Sequence record: ON113170.1
Source of the DNA: Enterococcus phage vB_OCPT_CCS1
DNA length: 64,000 bases
Strand: one strand, 5' to 3'
Shown here: positions 7,955-14,899 of the stretch, piece by piece
How the letters are laid out: each line of letters starts with the position of its first letter
Numbering within the stretch: position 1 is the first letter of the stretch
Made by a program: the position numbers and the translations under genes
The notes under the pieces: model-generated
Databases searched by the model: none
Told to the model about the DNA's origin: nothing
Seen by the model: only the letters and a program-made list of their open reading frames with translations

Positions 7955-8119
7955 TTACTTAAACGGAAGATAAATTGTTTGACCAATTCTAATTTTATTA
8001 GGGTCTTTAATATTCCTATTCTGACCATGTAACCAAATTAGTCTCCATAACCAAGGCTTGCCATAATATTTTCTAGCAATAGAATACAATGTGTCACCTT
8101 TTTTAACTGTGTATTTCAT
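7955..8119 (-). CDS. stand-alone LysM-domain mini-protein (54 aa)
   Basis: Not in the ORF track (under 60 aa). ATG at 8119 with GGGGGT RBS; translates MKYTVKKGDTLYSIARKYYGKPWLWRLIWLHGQNRNIKDPNKIRIGQTIYLPFK, the classic LysM pattern. Confidence 0.5.
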   Translation of the reverse strand: MKYTVKKGDTLYSIARKYYGKPWLWRLIWLHGQNRNIKDPNKIRIGQTIYLPFK

Positions 8120-8148
8120 AACAATTACCCCCTAATTTATAAATATGG

Positions 8149-8517
8149 CTATATATAGGATACTCCTGTAAACAATTCAATTGCTTCAATTTCAGTATGG
8201 AAGTTTTCCCATTCTAAACATTCATAGAAATCTTGTAAGATATGCTTGTCTTTCCTGTAAACAGTCTCACCTTTATGGGCTTTCTCACAGATTTCTCTAA
8301 CAGCATCCACATTATATTTACCACCAGTTTTATACTGTTCTAAACCAGAATCTAGTAAAACTCGTTGTACTTCTTCACTCTTATCTCCTGCTTTCCAAGA
8401 GTCAAAAGCTTTATCATACAATGTATCTTCCATGTTTTCACCTTCTACTTCCATGATTGATTGAATAAATCTTTGCCACTTAGAAGGCTCTTTGTGTTTA
8501 CCTTTACGAAAACTCAT
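8149..8517 (-). CDS. hypothetical protein (122 aa)
   Basis: GGAGG RBS. Confidence 0.5.
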   Translation of the reverse strand: MSFRKGKHKEPSKWQRFIQSIMEVEGENMEDTLYDKAFDSWKAGDKSEEVQRVLLDSGLEQYKTGGKYNVDAVREICEKAHKGETVYRKDKHILQDFYECLEWENFHTEIEAIELFTGVSYI

Positions 8518-8544
8518 TATTAGCCTCCATTATCTTTAATGAAC

Positions 8545-8631
8545 CGAGGAGGAGGGACTCGAACCCCCAAACGCTTTTACACGTCTACATGATTTCAAAT
8601 CACGCTGAATACCAGTTATGATACTCCCCGA
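8545..8631 (-). tRNA. tRNA-Ser(TGA), class II, atypical D-arm
   Basis: Acceptor CGGGGAG/CTCCTCG; anticodon arm CGTGA-TTTGAAA-TCATG; long variable arm. Confidence 0.5.
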
Positions 8632-8741
8632 AAAAGAAACTGATTGACTAGTACTGTTAGTTGACTAGTCAACCGGAACTACTTAAACCGAACTCTTTAA
8701 ACAGCTTTAGTAGTTATTATTTAGGTTTTTAAATAAACAAC

Positions 8742-9002
8742 TTACCAAAACCAAACTAGATTTAATGCTAGTCGTTTACTAATAATAGGTGATTTTCTAT
8801 GTCTAACCGATTTAAACTTACGTACATTCCCCTTATATGGTGTAAAGTCAATCTTACAAGGTTCAACATAATTAAATTTACGGTTAGCTCGTTTAATTAC
8901 TGCTTGCTTTTGTTTAGAAGCTTTAATTTCTTTTTCAAATGCTTCTTTTTCAATGTTGTTAGCTATGGTTGCTAAATGTTCAGTCATAAAGCTCATGTCC
9001 AT
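8742..9002 (-). CDS. hypothetical basic protein (86 aa)
   Basis: AAGGAG RBS; lies just downstream of tRNA-Ser(GGA). Confidence 0.4.
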   Translation of the reverse strand: MDMSFMTEHLATIANNIEKEAFEKEIKASKQKQAVIKRANRKFNYVEPCKIDFTPYKGNVRKFKSVRHRKSPIISKRLALNLVWFW

Positions 9003-9021
9003 CTCTCCTTACACGTTCTAT

Positions 9022-9108
9022 GGAAGGCATGGGATTCGAACCCACACATGCTGTTACACATCTACTTGGTTTCCAACCAAGCCTCTTTACCGTTTGAGTA
9101 ACCTTCCG
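9022..9108 (-). tRNA. tRNA-Ser(GGA), class II
   Basis: GGAAGGT-TA-CTCAAACGGTAAAGAG-CTTGG-TTGGAAA-CCAAG, long variable arm, GTGGGTTCGAATCCCAT-GCCTTCC. Confidence 0.7.
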
Positions 9109-9202
9109 TCTTGGGAGCAGGCGGGTTTGTGTCAAGTACACAATACCTAATCTTCTGTGCATGTTGTTCCCTAGGCTTTATGCACACCCTACTATCTGCA
9201 TA

Positions 9203-9388
9203 CTAACAGACCTGCCAATTTTCTAACACTTTTTCTAATGCTTCGTATGGACACATTACTGTCTTACCGTGAACACCATGTATTCTCAAAATAATATAAT
9301 GTTCATTTATCTCAGAGGTAACAAAGTATATCTTGTCTTTCACTAAACCTAAACTTCCGTTTAAACCAATGAATTTTAAATACATCAT
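9203..9388 (-). CDS. hypothetical protein (61 aa)
   Basis: AAGGAGG RBS. Confidence 0.4.
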   Translation of the reverse strand: MMYLKFIGLNGSLGLVKDKIYFVTSEINEHYIILRIHGVHGKTVMCPYEALEKVLENWQVC

Positions 9389-9539
9389 GTTACCTCCTTA
9401 TTATGTATAACCCATGAAGCATCATGGGGGGACTGTAGTATGCCCAACCTGCGGGGATGCTCCGCTCTGAATCCGTAGAAATCAGCCACAATTCGATATT
9501 TATTTAATGAAAAAATTAGATAGGATTCGACTGCTTGAC

Positions 9540-9640
9540 AAAGGCAGTCTATGGAGTAGACGGGACTCGAACCCGTGTCCTAACGTAGAACCATACAAAA
9601 TTCTACGGGCGTAGTTACTAGTTTTAATCTACGTTAAGGT
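9540..9640 (-). ncRNA. tRNA-like/Y-like structured element: canonical T-arm (ACGGGTTCGAGTCCCGT) followed by a closed hairpin GACTGC-CTTTGTCAA-GCAGTC, preceded by a 7-bp hairpin CGTAGAA...TTCTACG; no matching 5' acceptor strand
   Basis: Hand folding; the 3' acceptor CTACTCC has no GGAGTAG partner anywhere upstream. Confidence 0.35.
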
Positions 9641-10132
9641 TACAACTAATAACTGAAATTACCTTAACTGAGTGGTAAAGCCTCTCCTGAGTTATCCACT
9701 TTTACCTCAGCGTTGTCGGTTGATGAGTCCTCTAGGTAGAACCGACCCTAGTCTAGAGGGGTAAGTGTGTAGCTAGTCTAAAACTAGGCTACAGCTAATA
9801 ATTCTTCGTTTTTAGCAGTTATATTTACTGCGATGATTAAGTCATCACTCTGCCCGCTATTCATATACTCCTTACGCCAGTCGAAACCAAAACTACCCCA
9901 ACATAAGAATTTCTTTTGACTAACCCTACCCTTCCGGCAGGGTCTAATCAAAAGTATACAATTAAAAAAATGAAAATGAGTTACGGAAAATGTAACGTCT
10001 CCACCACCGGACTATAAGGGTAAGTTGTTCCGGTCTTTAACCTAAGTACTTTACTTAAATCTAACAGGACAGCCTTCATTACGTAAACTACTTAACCATG
10101 TAAAACGTAAAGGTCAATTTCCGTTGACCTAA

Positions 10133-10206
10133 TGCAAGAGGGGGGATTCGAACCCCCACTGAATAGATTCTAAGTCTACTTCCTCTGCCAGTTGGGATAC
10201 TCTCGC
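10133..10206 (-). tRNA. tRNA with anticodon TAG (Leu-type anticodon) but a short 5-nt variable arm; atypical
   Basis: GCGAGAG...GTAGA-CTTAGAA-TCTAT-TCAGT-GGGGGTTCGAATCCCCC-CTCTTGC. Confidence 0.45.
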
Positions 10207-10290
10207 ATAATAACAGCCCTACCCAACCGCTGTTCTGCTAGCATATAGCTTGCAGGCTTTTTATCTGTGTTATAAAAACCAGAAAGGCTA

Positions 10291-10374
10291 TACGGGTAAC
10301 AGGAGTCGAACCTGCATGTCACAAGGGACAATGGATTTTAAGTCCACAGCGTATACCAGTTCCGCCATACCCGC
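10291..10374 (-). tRNA. tRNA-Leu(TAA), class II
   Basis: GCGGGTA...GTGGA-CTTAAAA-TCCAT, long variable arm, GCAGGTTCGACTCCTGT-TACCCGT. Confidence 0.7.
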
Positions 10375-10552
10375 ATAATCACTTTTTAAACTAGATTATT
10401 TATGATTTCCCACTTCTGAAAAAAATACCACTTTATATATCAACATTTTTCTTATGAATGGGTTAAGATATGTTTTAACGAAAAAGAGGCTAAAAGAGTA
10501 TTTCCTCAAAATTTTTTGTCAAGTTAATCTAGTAAGGAAAAGTGTAACCTTA

Positions 10553-10623
10553 TGTGACTGCTCAGAATCGAACTGAGATTCATGTTTCCACAGAACACTG
10601 CCTTACCGTTAGGCTACAGTCAC
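10553..10623 (-). tRNA. tRNA-His(GTG) with encoded G-1
   Basis: (G)GTGACTG-TA-GCCTAACGGTAAGGC-GTGTT-CTGTGGA-AACAT...TCAGTTCGATTCTGA-CAGTCAC. Confidence 0.75.
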
Positions 10624-10637
10624 CATCATGTGTTCCT

Positions 10638-10676
10638 TACAAGAATTACTATACAGCATCTTGTAAGGAAAGTCAA
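10638..10676 (-). promoter_or_regulatory. promoter TTGACT-17-TATAGT with the -10 box embedded in a 10-bp palindrome CCTTACAAGA/TCTTGTAAGG (operator-like), upstream of tRNA-His
   Basis: Motif, spacing and dyad symmetry. Confidence 0.45.
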
Positions 10677-10695
10677 CACTTAAATGTAATTTTAT

Positions 10696-10917
10696 TTAAA
10701 AAAGTTTTGATGAATCTAATTGAGAGAAACTTTCAGGTAGAGAACCTAGTTCTTCCATATACTCTTGGTCAATCTCATAAACAGATAACTCGGTTACTTC
10801 GTTTTCAATAGTAAGTTTCATTGCTTCTGCTGTTTGTATACTGTGTCCTTCTATTTGAAGTTTATCATCAAGATAAATACCTTCCCAGTCTTCTGCAACT
10901 ACATAGTCTGCTTTCAA
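10696..10917 (-). CDS. hypothetical acidic protein (73 aa; TTG start as in the ORF track)
   Basis: Frame offset by one from the upstream ORF, which stops 9 nt away. Confidence 0.35.
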   Translation of the reverse strand: MKADYVVAEDWEGIYLDDKLQIEGHSIQTAEAMKLTIENEVTELSVYEIDQEYMEELGSLPESFSQLDSSKLF

Positions 10918-10925
10918 GATATTAC

Positions 10926-11177
10926 CTACTTTCTTCTCAATTTCTGATAAAAATTATTATTCTTGTAATCATCCTCGTGGGCATAGAATTTTTTCATGTC
11001 ATATGTCCAACAAGTTTCTTCTACTCGTTTATGATGTGTCAATGTTACTTCGTCATCAAAACAACCTTGATTTAATTTATGCCTGTAATTTCTATTAACC
11101 ATTCTTTTTATATCTCGAACAGTTGAATCTTTCATACAAACATAACGGTAATAGGGTTTTCTGTAACTTCTACTCAT
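10926..11177 (-). CDS. hypothetical basic protein (83 aa)
   Basis: AAGGAGG RBS. Confidence 0.45.
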   Translation of the reverse strand: MSRSYRKPYYRYVCMKDSTVRDIKRMVNRNYRHKLNQGCFDDEVTLTHHKRVEETCWTYDMKKFYAHEDDYKNNNFYQKLRRK

Positions 11178-11331
11178 TGTAAGTCCTCCTTAATAGATAC
11201 TTACAATTTAGACAATACTTTCTTCACAGGAACCACTCCTTATTAATAAAAGCTACCTCCCGAAAAACGTTTCTTCACCAAAGTGTAAGACGTAAACTAA
11301 CGACAGGTCATAGTTTTCCAATTAAGGCAAA

Positions 11332-11405
11332 TACCAGTGAGAGGATTTGAACCTCTGACACCCGCCTTATCAAGACGATGCTCTAACCAACTGAGCTACA
11401 CTGGT
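11332..11405 (-). tRNA. tRNA-Ile(GAT)
   Basis: ACCAGTG-TA-GCTCAGTTGGTTAGAGC-TCGTC-TTGATAA-GGCGG-AGAGGTTCAAATCCTCT-CACTGGT. Confidence 0.7.
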
Positions 11406-11558
11406 GTGACCCATGTGTCAGGACTTTCACCTGTTCTCGGGGTGCCCCGCCTCTCTACTAATCTCCTCATTCGGTGCCCCTACTAGAGTGACTAGAGATA
11501 GTTAGCAATAAAAATTATATATCATGAATCAAATTTTTACTGCATCCTATATACACGA

Positions 11559-11630
11559 TACCGTCTACAGGATTTGAACCTGTGACATCCACCTTGTAAG
11601 GGTGACGTTCTCCCACTGAACTAAGACGGT
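11559..11630 (-). tRNA. tRNA-Val(TAC)
   Basis: ACCGTCT-TA-GTTCAGTGGGAGAAC-TCACC-CTTACAA-GGTGG-ACAGGTTCAAATCCTGT-AGACGGT. Confidence 0.7.
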
Positions 11631-11699
11631 GAAATATGGAACCCTACCAGAGGATTTCTTTCGGTATTACAGTCACCTCGGCATGAACAAAGCCAGATA

Positions 11700-11760
11700 T
11701 TGAGGTCTGGACTTCTCACGCCCCGGGAGTCGAACCCAGTATAGACAAACCATATTTTAT
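11700..11760 (-). ncRNA. tRNA-like fragment (T-arm CTGGGTTCGACTCCCGG plus 3' acceptor GGCGTGA without a 5' partner)
   Basis: Hand folding. Confidence 0.3.
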
Positions 11761-11854
11761 ACGGAAGACAGGATTCGAACCTGCGATATAGGAGTTTTAG
11801 TGCACTTATTGTCTCCACGGTATCCGTTGCGTATGCCCTACACGCCACTTCCGT
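11760..11854 (-). ncRNA. long (95 nt) atypical tRNA-like gene: acceptor ACGGAAG/CTTCCGT, D-arm and T-arm canonical, but no resolvable anticodon arm (contains GGAG...CTCC with a 20-nt insert)
   Basis: Hand folding; could be an unusual class II tRNA or a decoy. Confidence 0.35.
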
Positions 11855-11861
11855 ATGTTAA

Positions 11862-11934
11862 CCGACAGTAAAGGAATCGAACCTCTATCACTAGATTCGT
11901 AGTCTAGTATCCTATCCAATTGAACGAACTGTCG
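11862..11934 (-). tRNA. tRNA-Arg(ACG)
   Basis: CGACAGT...CTAGA-CTACGAA-TCTAG...AGAGGTTCGATTCCTTT-ACTGTCG. Confidence 0.6.
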
Positions 11935-12036
11935 CTCTAGGCTAGCAATTACGCAGACTGACTATGGGCACCTTCGTCCCGTCCCCTGTAAGTGCCCTCC
12001 TACAGGTTGTCCGTGGCACCGCAATGTACTAACCGA

Positions 12037-12110
12037 TGTCCCCACAGGGATTTGAACCCCGAACCTCCCGATTAAAAGTCGGGTGCTCTAGCCGATTGAG
12101 CTATGAAGAC
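12037..12110 (-). tRNA. tRNA-Lys(TTT)
   Basis: GTCTTCA-TA-GCTCAATCGGCTAGAGC-CCCGA-CTTTTAA-TCGGG-CGGGGTTCAAATCCCTG-TGGGGAC. Confidence 0.7.
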
Positions 12111-12159
12111 AGTTGTGTTTTTCAAGATAACCCTCTCGAAAAACCGTTACTAATAGAAA

Positions 12160-12242
12160 AACTAAGGGTCTCGACTGACAGATTTGAACTGCCTGCTCCT
12201 CCTAAGAGGCGTGTTACCAAAGCCATACACCAACTCTTCGAG
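12160..12242 (-). ncRNA. aberrant tRNA-like element (good T-arm GGCAGTTCAAATCTGTC, weak acceptor pairing 5/7, no standard anticodon arm)
   Basis: Hand folding; overlaps the 3' end of tRNA-Lys(CTT). Confidence 0.3.
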
Positions 12243-12243
12243 A

Positions 12244-12318
12244 ATATCCCCTACAGGATTCGAACCTGTGACCCCCTGATTAAGAGTCAGGTGCTACCAC
12301 CAACTGAGCTAAGGAGAT
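12244..12318 (-). tRNA. tRNA-Lys(CTT)
   Basis: ATCTCCT...CCTGA-CTCTTAA-TCAGG-ACAGGTTCGAATCCTGT-AGGGGAT. Confidence 0.65.
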
Positions 12319-12334
12319 AAGATTACCAATAGCT

Positions 12335-12412
12335 AGTTAAGCCTTACGGAATCGAACCGCCATGAGGTTATGAAGCTCACATAGACCACTAGACACAAAA
12401 CTAGCTTATTGA
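12335..12412 (-). ncRNA. aberrant tRNA-like element (T-loop TTCGATT; acceptor 5/7)
   Basis: Hand folding. Confidence 0.3.
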
Positions 12413-12510
12413 TAAAATTCTATATAGATAATTGTATGCAATGTTCGCACTAACTAACCAGATAACTAGCCAATCATTCAAAACATTAATTTGTGAGTTT
12501 CCGCTCACAA

Positions 12511-12582
12511 TGCTGATTGAGAGAATCGAACTCCCATTCCCGGGTTACAAAGCCGGAGTAATAGCCGTTATACTAAATCAGC
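12511..12582 (-). tRNA. tRNA-Thr(TGT)
   Basis: GCTGATT-TA-GTATAACGGCTATTAC-CCGGC-TTTGTAA-CCCGG-GGGAGTTCGATTCTCTC-AATCAGC. Confidence 0.65.
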
Positions 12583-12584
12583 GT

Positions 12585-12604
12585 AACCCCTCAATAGAGG
12601 GGAA
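12585..12604 (-). terminator. hairpin CCCCTC-AATA-GAGGGG after the AAA ATPase stop codon
   Basis: Stem-loop. Confidence 0.3.
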
Positions 12605-12607
12605 TTA

Positions 12608-13699
12608 TTATACTAGGTTACCATACCCGTAGGTATTTGTTTGAGCTTGTTTAAACATGATGCTCTTGATAGTTAAGTCGTTGTACTTTTCATCGTCTTC
12701 ATCATCAAGGTACACATCAACGTTAACGTTCTTACCGGAAATACCGATTGTTTCGTCTTTACCAACTGTTAAGTCTTTACTGTTGAATGATACATCAAAG
12801 TAGATGCTATCTTCTTTTGTACGACTACCGAACGAAACTCTGTCACCGAATAAATCTAAGCTTCGAGAGTTGATTACAACAGGTTGTAACCCACCTTCGA
12901 ATTGAATAGTTACTGTGTAATATTGATTTTCAATATTAAGGATGTTTAAGTCAGCAATAGCTTCACCAAATGGGATACCAAAGTTTAATTCCAACGCAAT
13001 AGCTCGTAAGCAGTCATAATTTAACTTAATTCTACGGCTAAACTTAACAACACTGTCAATTTCACCATAGTAAGCTTCGTCTAACTTATCTTGCAAGTAA
13101 GTACGAATTTCATCTGCATCAGGATATTCGAAACGTAAATGGTAATGAAAACGTCCCGGACGGTTAAGCATAAAGTCATTTACACGATTTAAGCTATTAA
13201 CAGTAAGAGCGTAGATACGTTTACGTTGTGATAAACCATCGAATAAGCTCAATAGTTTTTCTTGTGGTTCACGACCGTCACGGTCATTGAATACTTTTTC
13301 AAACTCATCGAACAGGATAAGAGACTCTTGGTCAATACTGTCAATAAATTCTGCAATCCCCGGATAAGCTTCTGTAATTAAGATAACAGGCATACCCTCT
13401 TCAATAGCTCGTTGAGATAAGATTTGAGTAAATAGTGATTTACCAATCCCTTTGTCTCCACTTAAAATGATTCCTAAGCTACGATTAATTGTTTTAAATG
13501 TGTGTAGCACTTTTTCAATTTTAGCTAAACGGTCACCGTAAACTTTAGGTTCTTTCAAATCAAAATCGTCTGTTACTACTAGCGAGAACCCTGACATTTG
13601 ATTGAACCGAACTTTATAAGTTTGCGCAGGTAACTTATCATAAGTTTTAAGGTCGTTTGCATAAATTTCATAGTTACTACCATAGTTGATTACTTTCAT
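12608..13699 (-). CDS. AAA+ family ATPase (classical AAA clade)
   Basis: Start taken at MKVINYG (AAGGGG RBS). Walker A GDKGIGKS, Walker B LILFDEFE, second region of homology NRPGRFHYHLRF. Embedded in the tRNA operon. Confidence 0.75.
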   Translation of the reverse strand: MKVINYGSNYEIYANDLKTYDKLPAQTYKVRFNQMSGFSLVVTDDFDLKEPKVYGDRLAKIEKVLHTFKTINRSLGIILSGDKGIGKSLFTQILSQRAIEEGMPVILITEAYPGIAEFIDSIDQESLILFDEFEKVFNDRDGREPQEKLLSLFDGLSQRKRIYALTVNSLNRVNDFMLNRPGRFHYHLRFEYPDADEIRTYLQDKLDEAYYGEIDSVVKFSRRIKLNYDCLRAIALELNFGIPFGEAIADLNILNIENQYYTVTIQFEGGLQPVVINSRSLDLFGDRVSFGSRTKEDSIYFDVSFNSKDLTVGKDETIGISGKNVNVDVYLDDEDDEKYNDLTIKSIMFKQAQTNTYGYGNLV

Positions 13700-13738
13700 A
13701 AATATTCCCCTTATTCGTGTTTTACTAGCATTTGCTAA

Positions 13739-13812
13739 TGGAGAGGGGTGGAATTGAACCACCGACCCCTAGGGTTTCAATCTAGTGCTCTAACCTACTG
13801 AGCTACCTCTCC
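13739..13812 (-). tRNA. tRNA-Phe(GAA)
   Basis: GGAGAGG-TA-GCTCAGTAGGTTAGAGC-CTAGA-TTGAAAC-CCTAG-GGTGGTTCAATTCCACC-CCTCTCC. Confidence 0.6.
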
Positions 13813-13933
13813 GTGTCAATTTGGACTTATCCCCCACGTGGTTACTAAGATAAGTCCTATGCCTTTGAAGTGTGGATACTCAAAAATGAGTACAGGTACT
13901 AAAAATCTGATGACAAGTCAGATTTATATCATA

Positions 13934-14004
13934 AGCAGAAGGTGAGATTCGAACTCACATTCAGGGGTTTGCAATCCCTAGCCTTAACCACTTGGCTACT
14001 TCCG
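13934..14004 (-). tRNA. tRNA-Cys(GCA)
   Basis: GCGGAAG-TA-GCCAAGTGGTTAAGGC-AGGGA-TTGCAAA-CCCCT-GTGAGTTCGAATCTCAC-CTTCTGC-T. Confidence 0.7.
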
Positions 14005-14017
14005 CAATATCAAAATA

Positions 14018-14089
14018 CACGCTGTGAAGGATTCGAACCCCCGTCTTCCGGGTTGGAGCCGGAAATGATAGCCACTACACCAACAGCGC
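14018..14089 (-). tRNA. tRNA-Trp(CCA)
   Basis: GCGCTGT...TCCGG-CTCCAAC-CCGGA...GGGGGTTCGAATCCTTC-ACAGCGT. Confidence 0.65.
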
Positions 14090-14164
14090 AAGATTCGGAG
14101 GGGAGGGACTAGCAACCCTCCGAAAGATGTAAGATAATGAGAGATTAAAACATACCACTATTAA

Positions 14165-14215
14165 AAGTGGAATAGGTAATTAAGGATTCGAACCTTACAA
14201 GCCCTTACTGCTTAC
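14165..14215 (-). ncRNA. mini tRNA-like remnant (acceptor plus T-arm only, about 48 nt) immediately downstream of a promoter
   Basis: AGGTAAG-CAGTAAGGGCTTG-TAAGGTTCGAATCCTTA-ATTACCT. Confidence 0.3.
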
Positions 14216-14226
14216 CTTGTAAACTT

Positions 14227-14255
14227 ATAGTATCATGTGTTGTACCGAAAGTCAA
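14227..14255 (-). promoter_or_regulatory. promoter TTGACT-17-TACTAT
   Basis: Motif and spacing; a CTTGTAA motif lies nearby. Confidence 0.4.
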
Positions 14256-14274
14256 CACTTTTTATAAAAATAAT

Positions 14275-14294
14275 AGGGAGAAATATTTCTCCCT
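14275..14294 (-). terminator. perfect palindrome AGGGAGAAATATTTCTCCCT followed by a U-rich tract (minus sense), between tRNA-Met and the upstream promoter
   Basis: Hairpin plus AUUAUUUUUAUAAAA. Confidence 0.45.
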
Positions 14295-14300
14295 AAAAAA

Positions 14301-14373
14301 TGGACTACTTGGGAATCGAACCCAAACCTGTCAGTTATGAGCTGACGGCTCTGACCTACTGAGCTAATAGTCC
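14301..14373 (-). tRNA. tRNA-Met(CAT) (Met or lysidine-Ile cannot be distinguished)
   Basis: GGACTAT-TA-GCTCAGTAGGTCAGAGC-GTCAG-CTCATAA-CTGAC-TGGGTTCGATTCCCA-GTAGTCC. Confidence 0.75.
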
Positions 14374-14406
14374 GTGTAATAATACCACGAAATAAACCTT
14401 AGTAAG

Positions 14407-14508
14407 TCATACAGTCCCAGAAAGGGAGGCATATGATACTAGTGTTGAGTGCCATAATCGTTTAATAAATGTGACTGAGAGAGTAATAAATTTCTTAGGC
14501 ATGTCCAT
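14407..14508 (-). CDS. possible 33-aa peptide MDMPKKFITLSVTFIKRLWHSTLVSYASLSGTV
   Basis: AAAGGAGG RBS 5 nt before the ATG; flanked by a 14-bp inverted repeat (GGGAGGCATATG / CATATGCCTCC). Confidence 0.3.
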   Translation of the reverse strand: MDMPKKFITLSVTFIKRLWHSTLVSYASLSGTV

Positions 14509-14580
14509 ATGCCTCCTTTCCAATAATGATAGTTTTAAGATATAAACAGAATAAATAAAAGAGAAAATAATAATGAATAA

Positions 14581-14652
14581 TAGCGCATGAGAGAGTCGAA
14601 CTCTCGATTCCGGTTCGAAAGACCGGTGTCTTGACCGCTTGACCAATGCGCC
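14581..14652 (-). tRNA. tRNA-Glu(TTC)
   Basis: GGCGCAT-TG-GTCAAGCGGTCAAGAC-CCGGT-CTTTCGA-ACCGG-GAGAGTTCGACTCTCTC-ATGCGCT. Confidence 0.75.
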
Positions 14653-14657
14653 ATAAA

Positions 14658-14732
14658 CGAGCTATATGGGACTTGAACCCATGACCTTCTCCGTGACAGG
14701 GAGACGAGCACTCCTGACTGCTCCAATAGCCC
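14658..14732 (-). tRNA. tRNA-Asp(GTC)
   Basis: GGGCTAT-TG-GAGCAGTCAGGAGTGCTC-TCTCC-CTGTCAC-GGAGA-ATGGGTTCAAGTCCCAT-ATAGCTC. Confidence 0.75.
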
Positions 14733-14769
14733 AATGTTTCCCCAACCACCGCCACCTAGGGGATTCGTA

Positions 14770-14890
14770 CGTCTACGTGAGTTTTTTGGTTATAGTTCCT
14801 TGTTTAAGACAAGGAAGTACGAGTGGACTACCAATTTACCACTCTGCGGTTCTGATTGCGGTAGGTGGGATATGTAAGATAAAAAGACCA
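14770..14890 (-). pseudogene. degenerate tRNA-like sequence (mutated T-loop GTACGAATCC; 7-bp anticodon-like stem TTCCTTG-TCTTAAA-CAAGGAA)
   Basis: Hand folding. Confidence 0.3.
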
Positions 14891-14899
14891 CTCTTAGAA

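Noticed and set aside
8953-9162. 65-aa and 60-aa ORFs on opposite strands
   Set aside because: Both overlap tRNA-Ser(GGA) at 9022-9108
11621-12632. ORFs 11621-11848, 12036-12320 and 12432-12632
   Set aside because: They run through tRNA genes (Val, Lys, Lys, Thr) and tRNA-like elements; translations are tRNA-sequence artefacts
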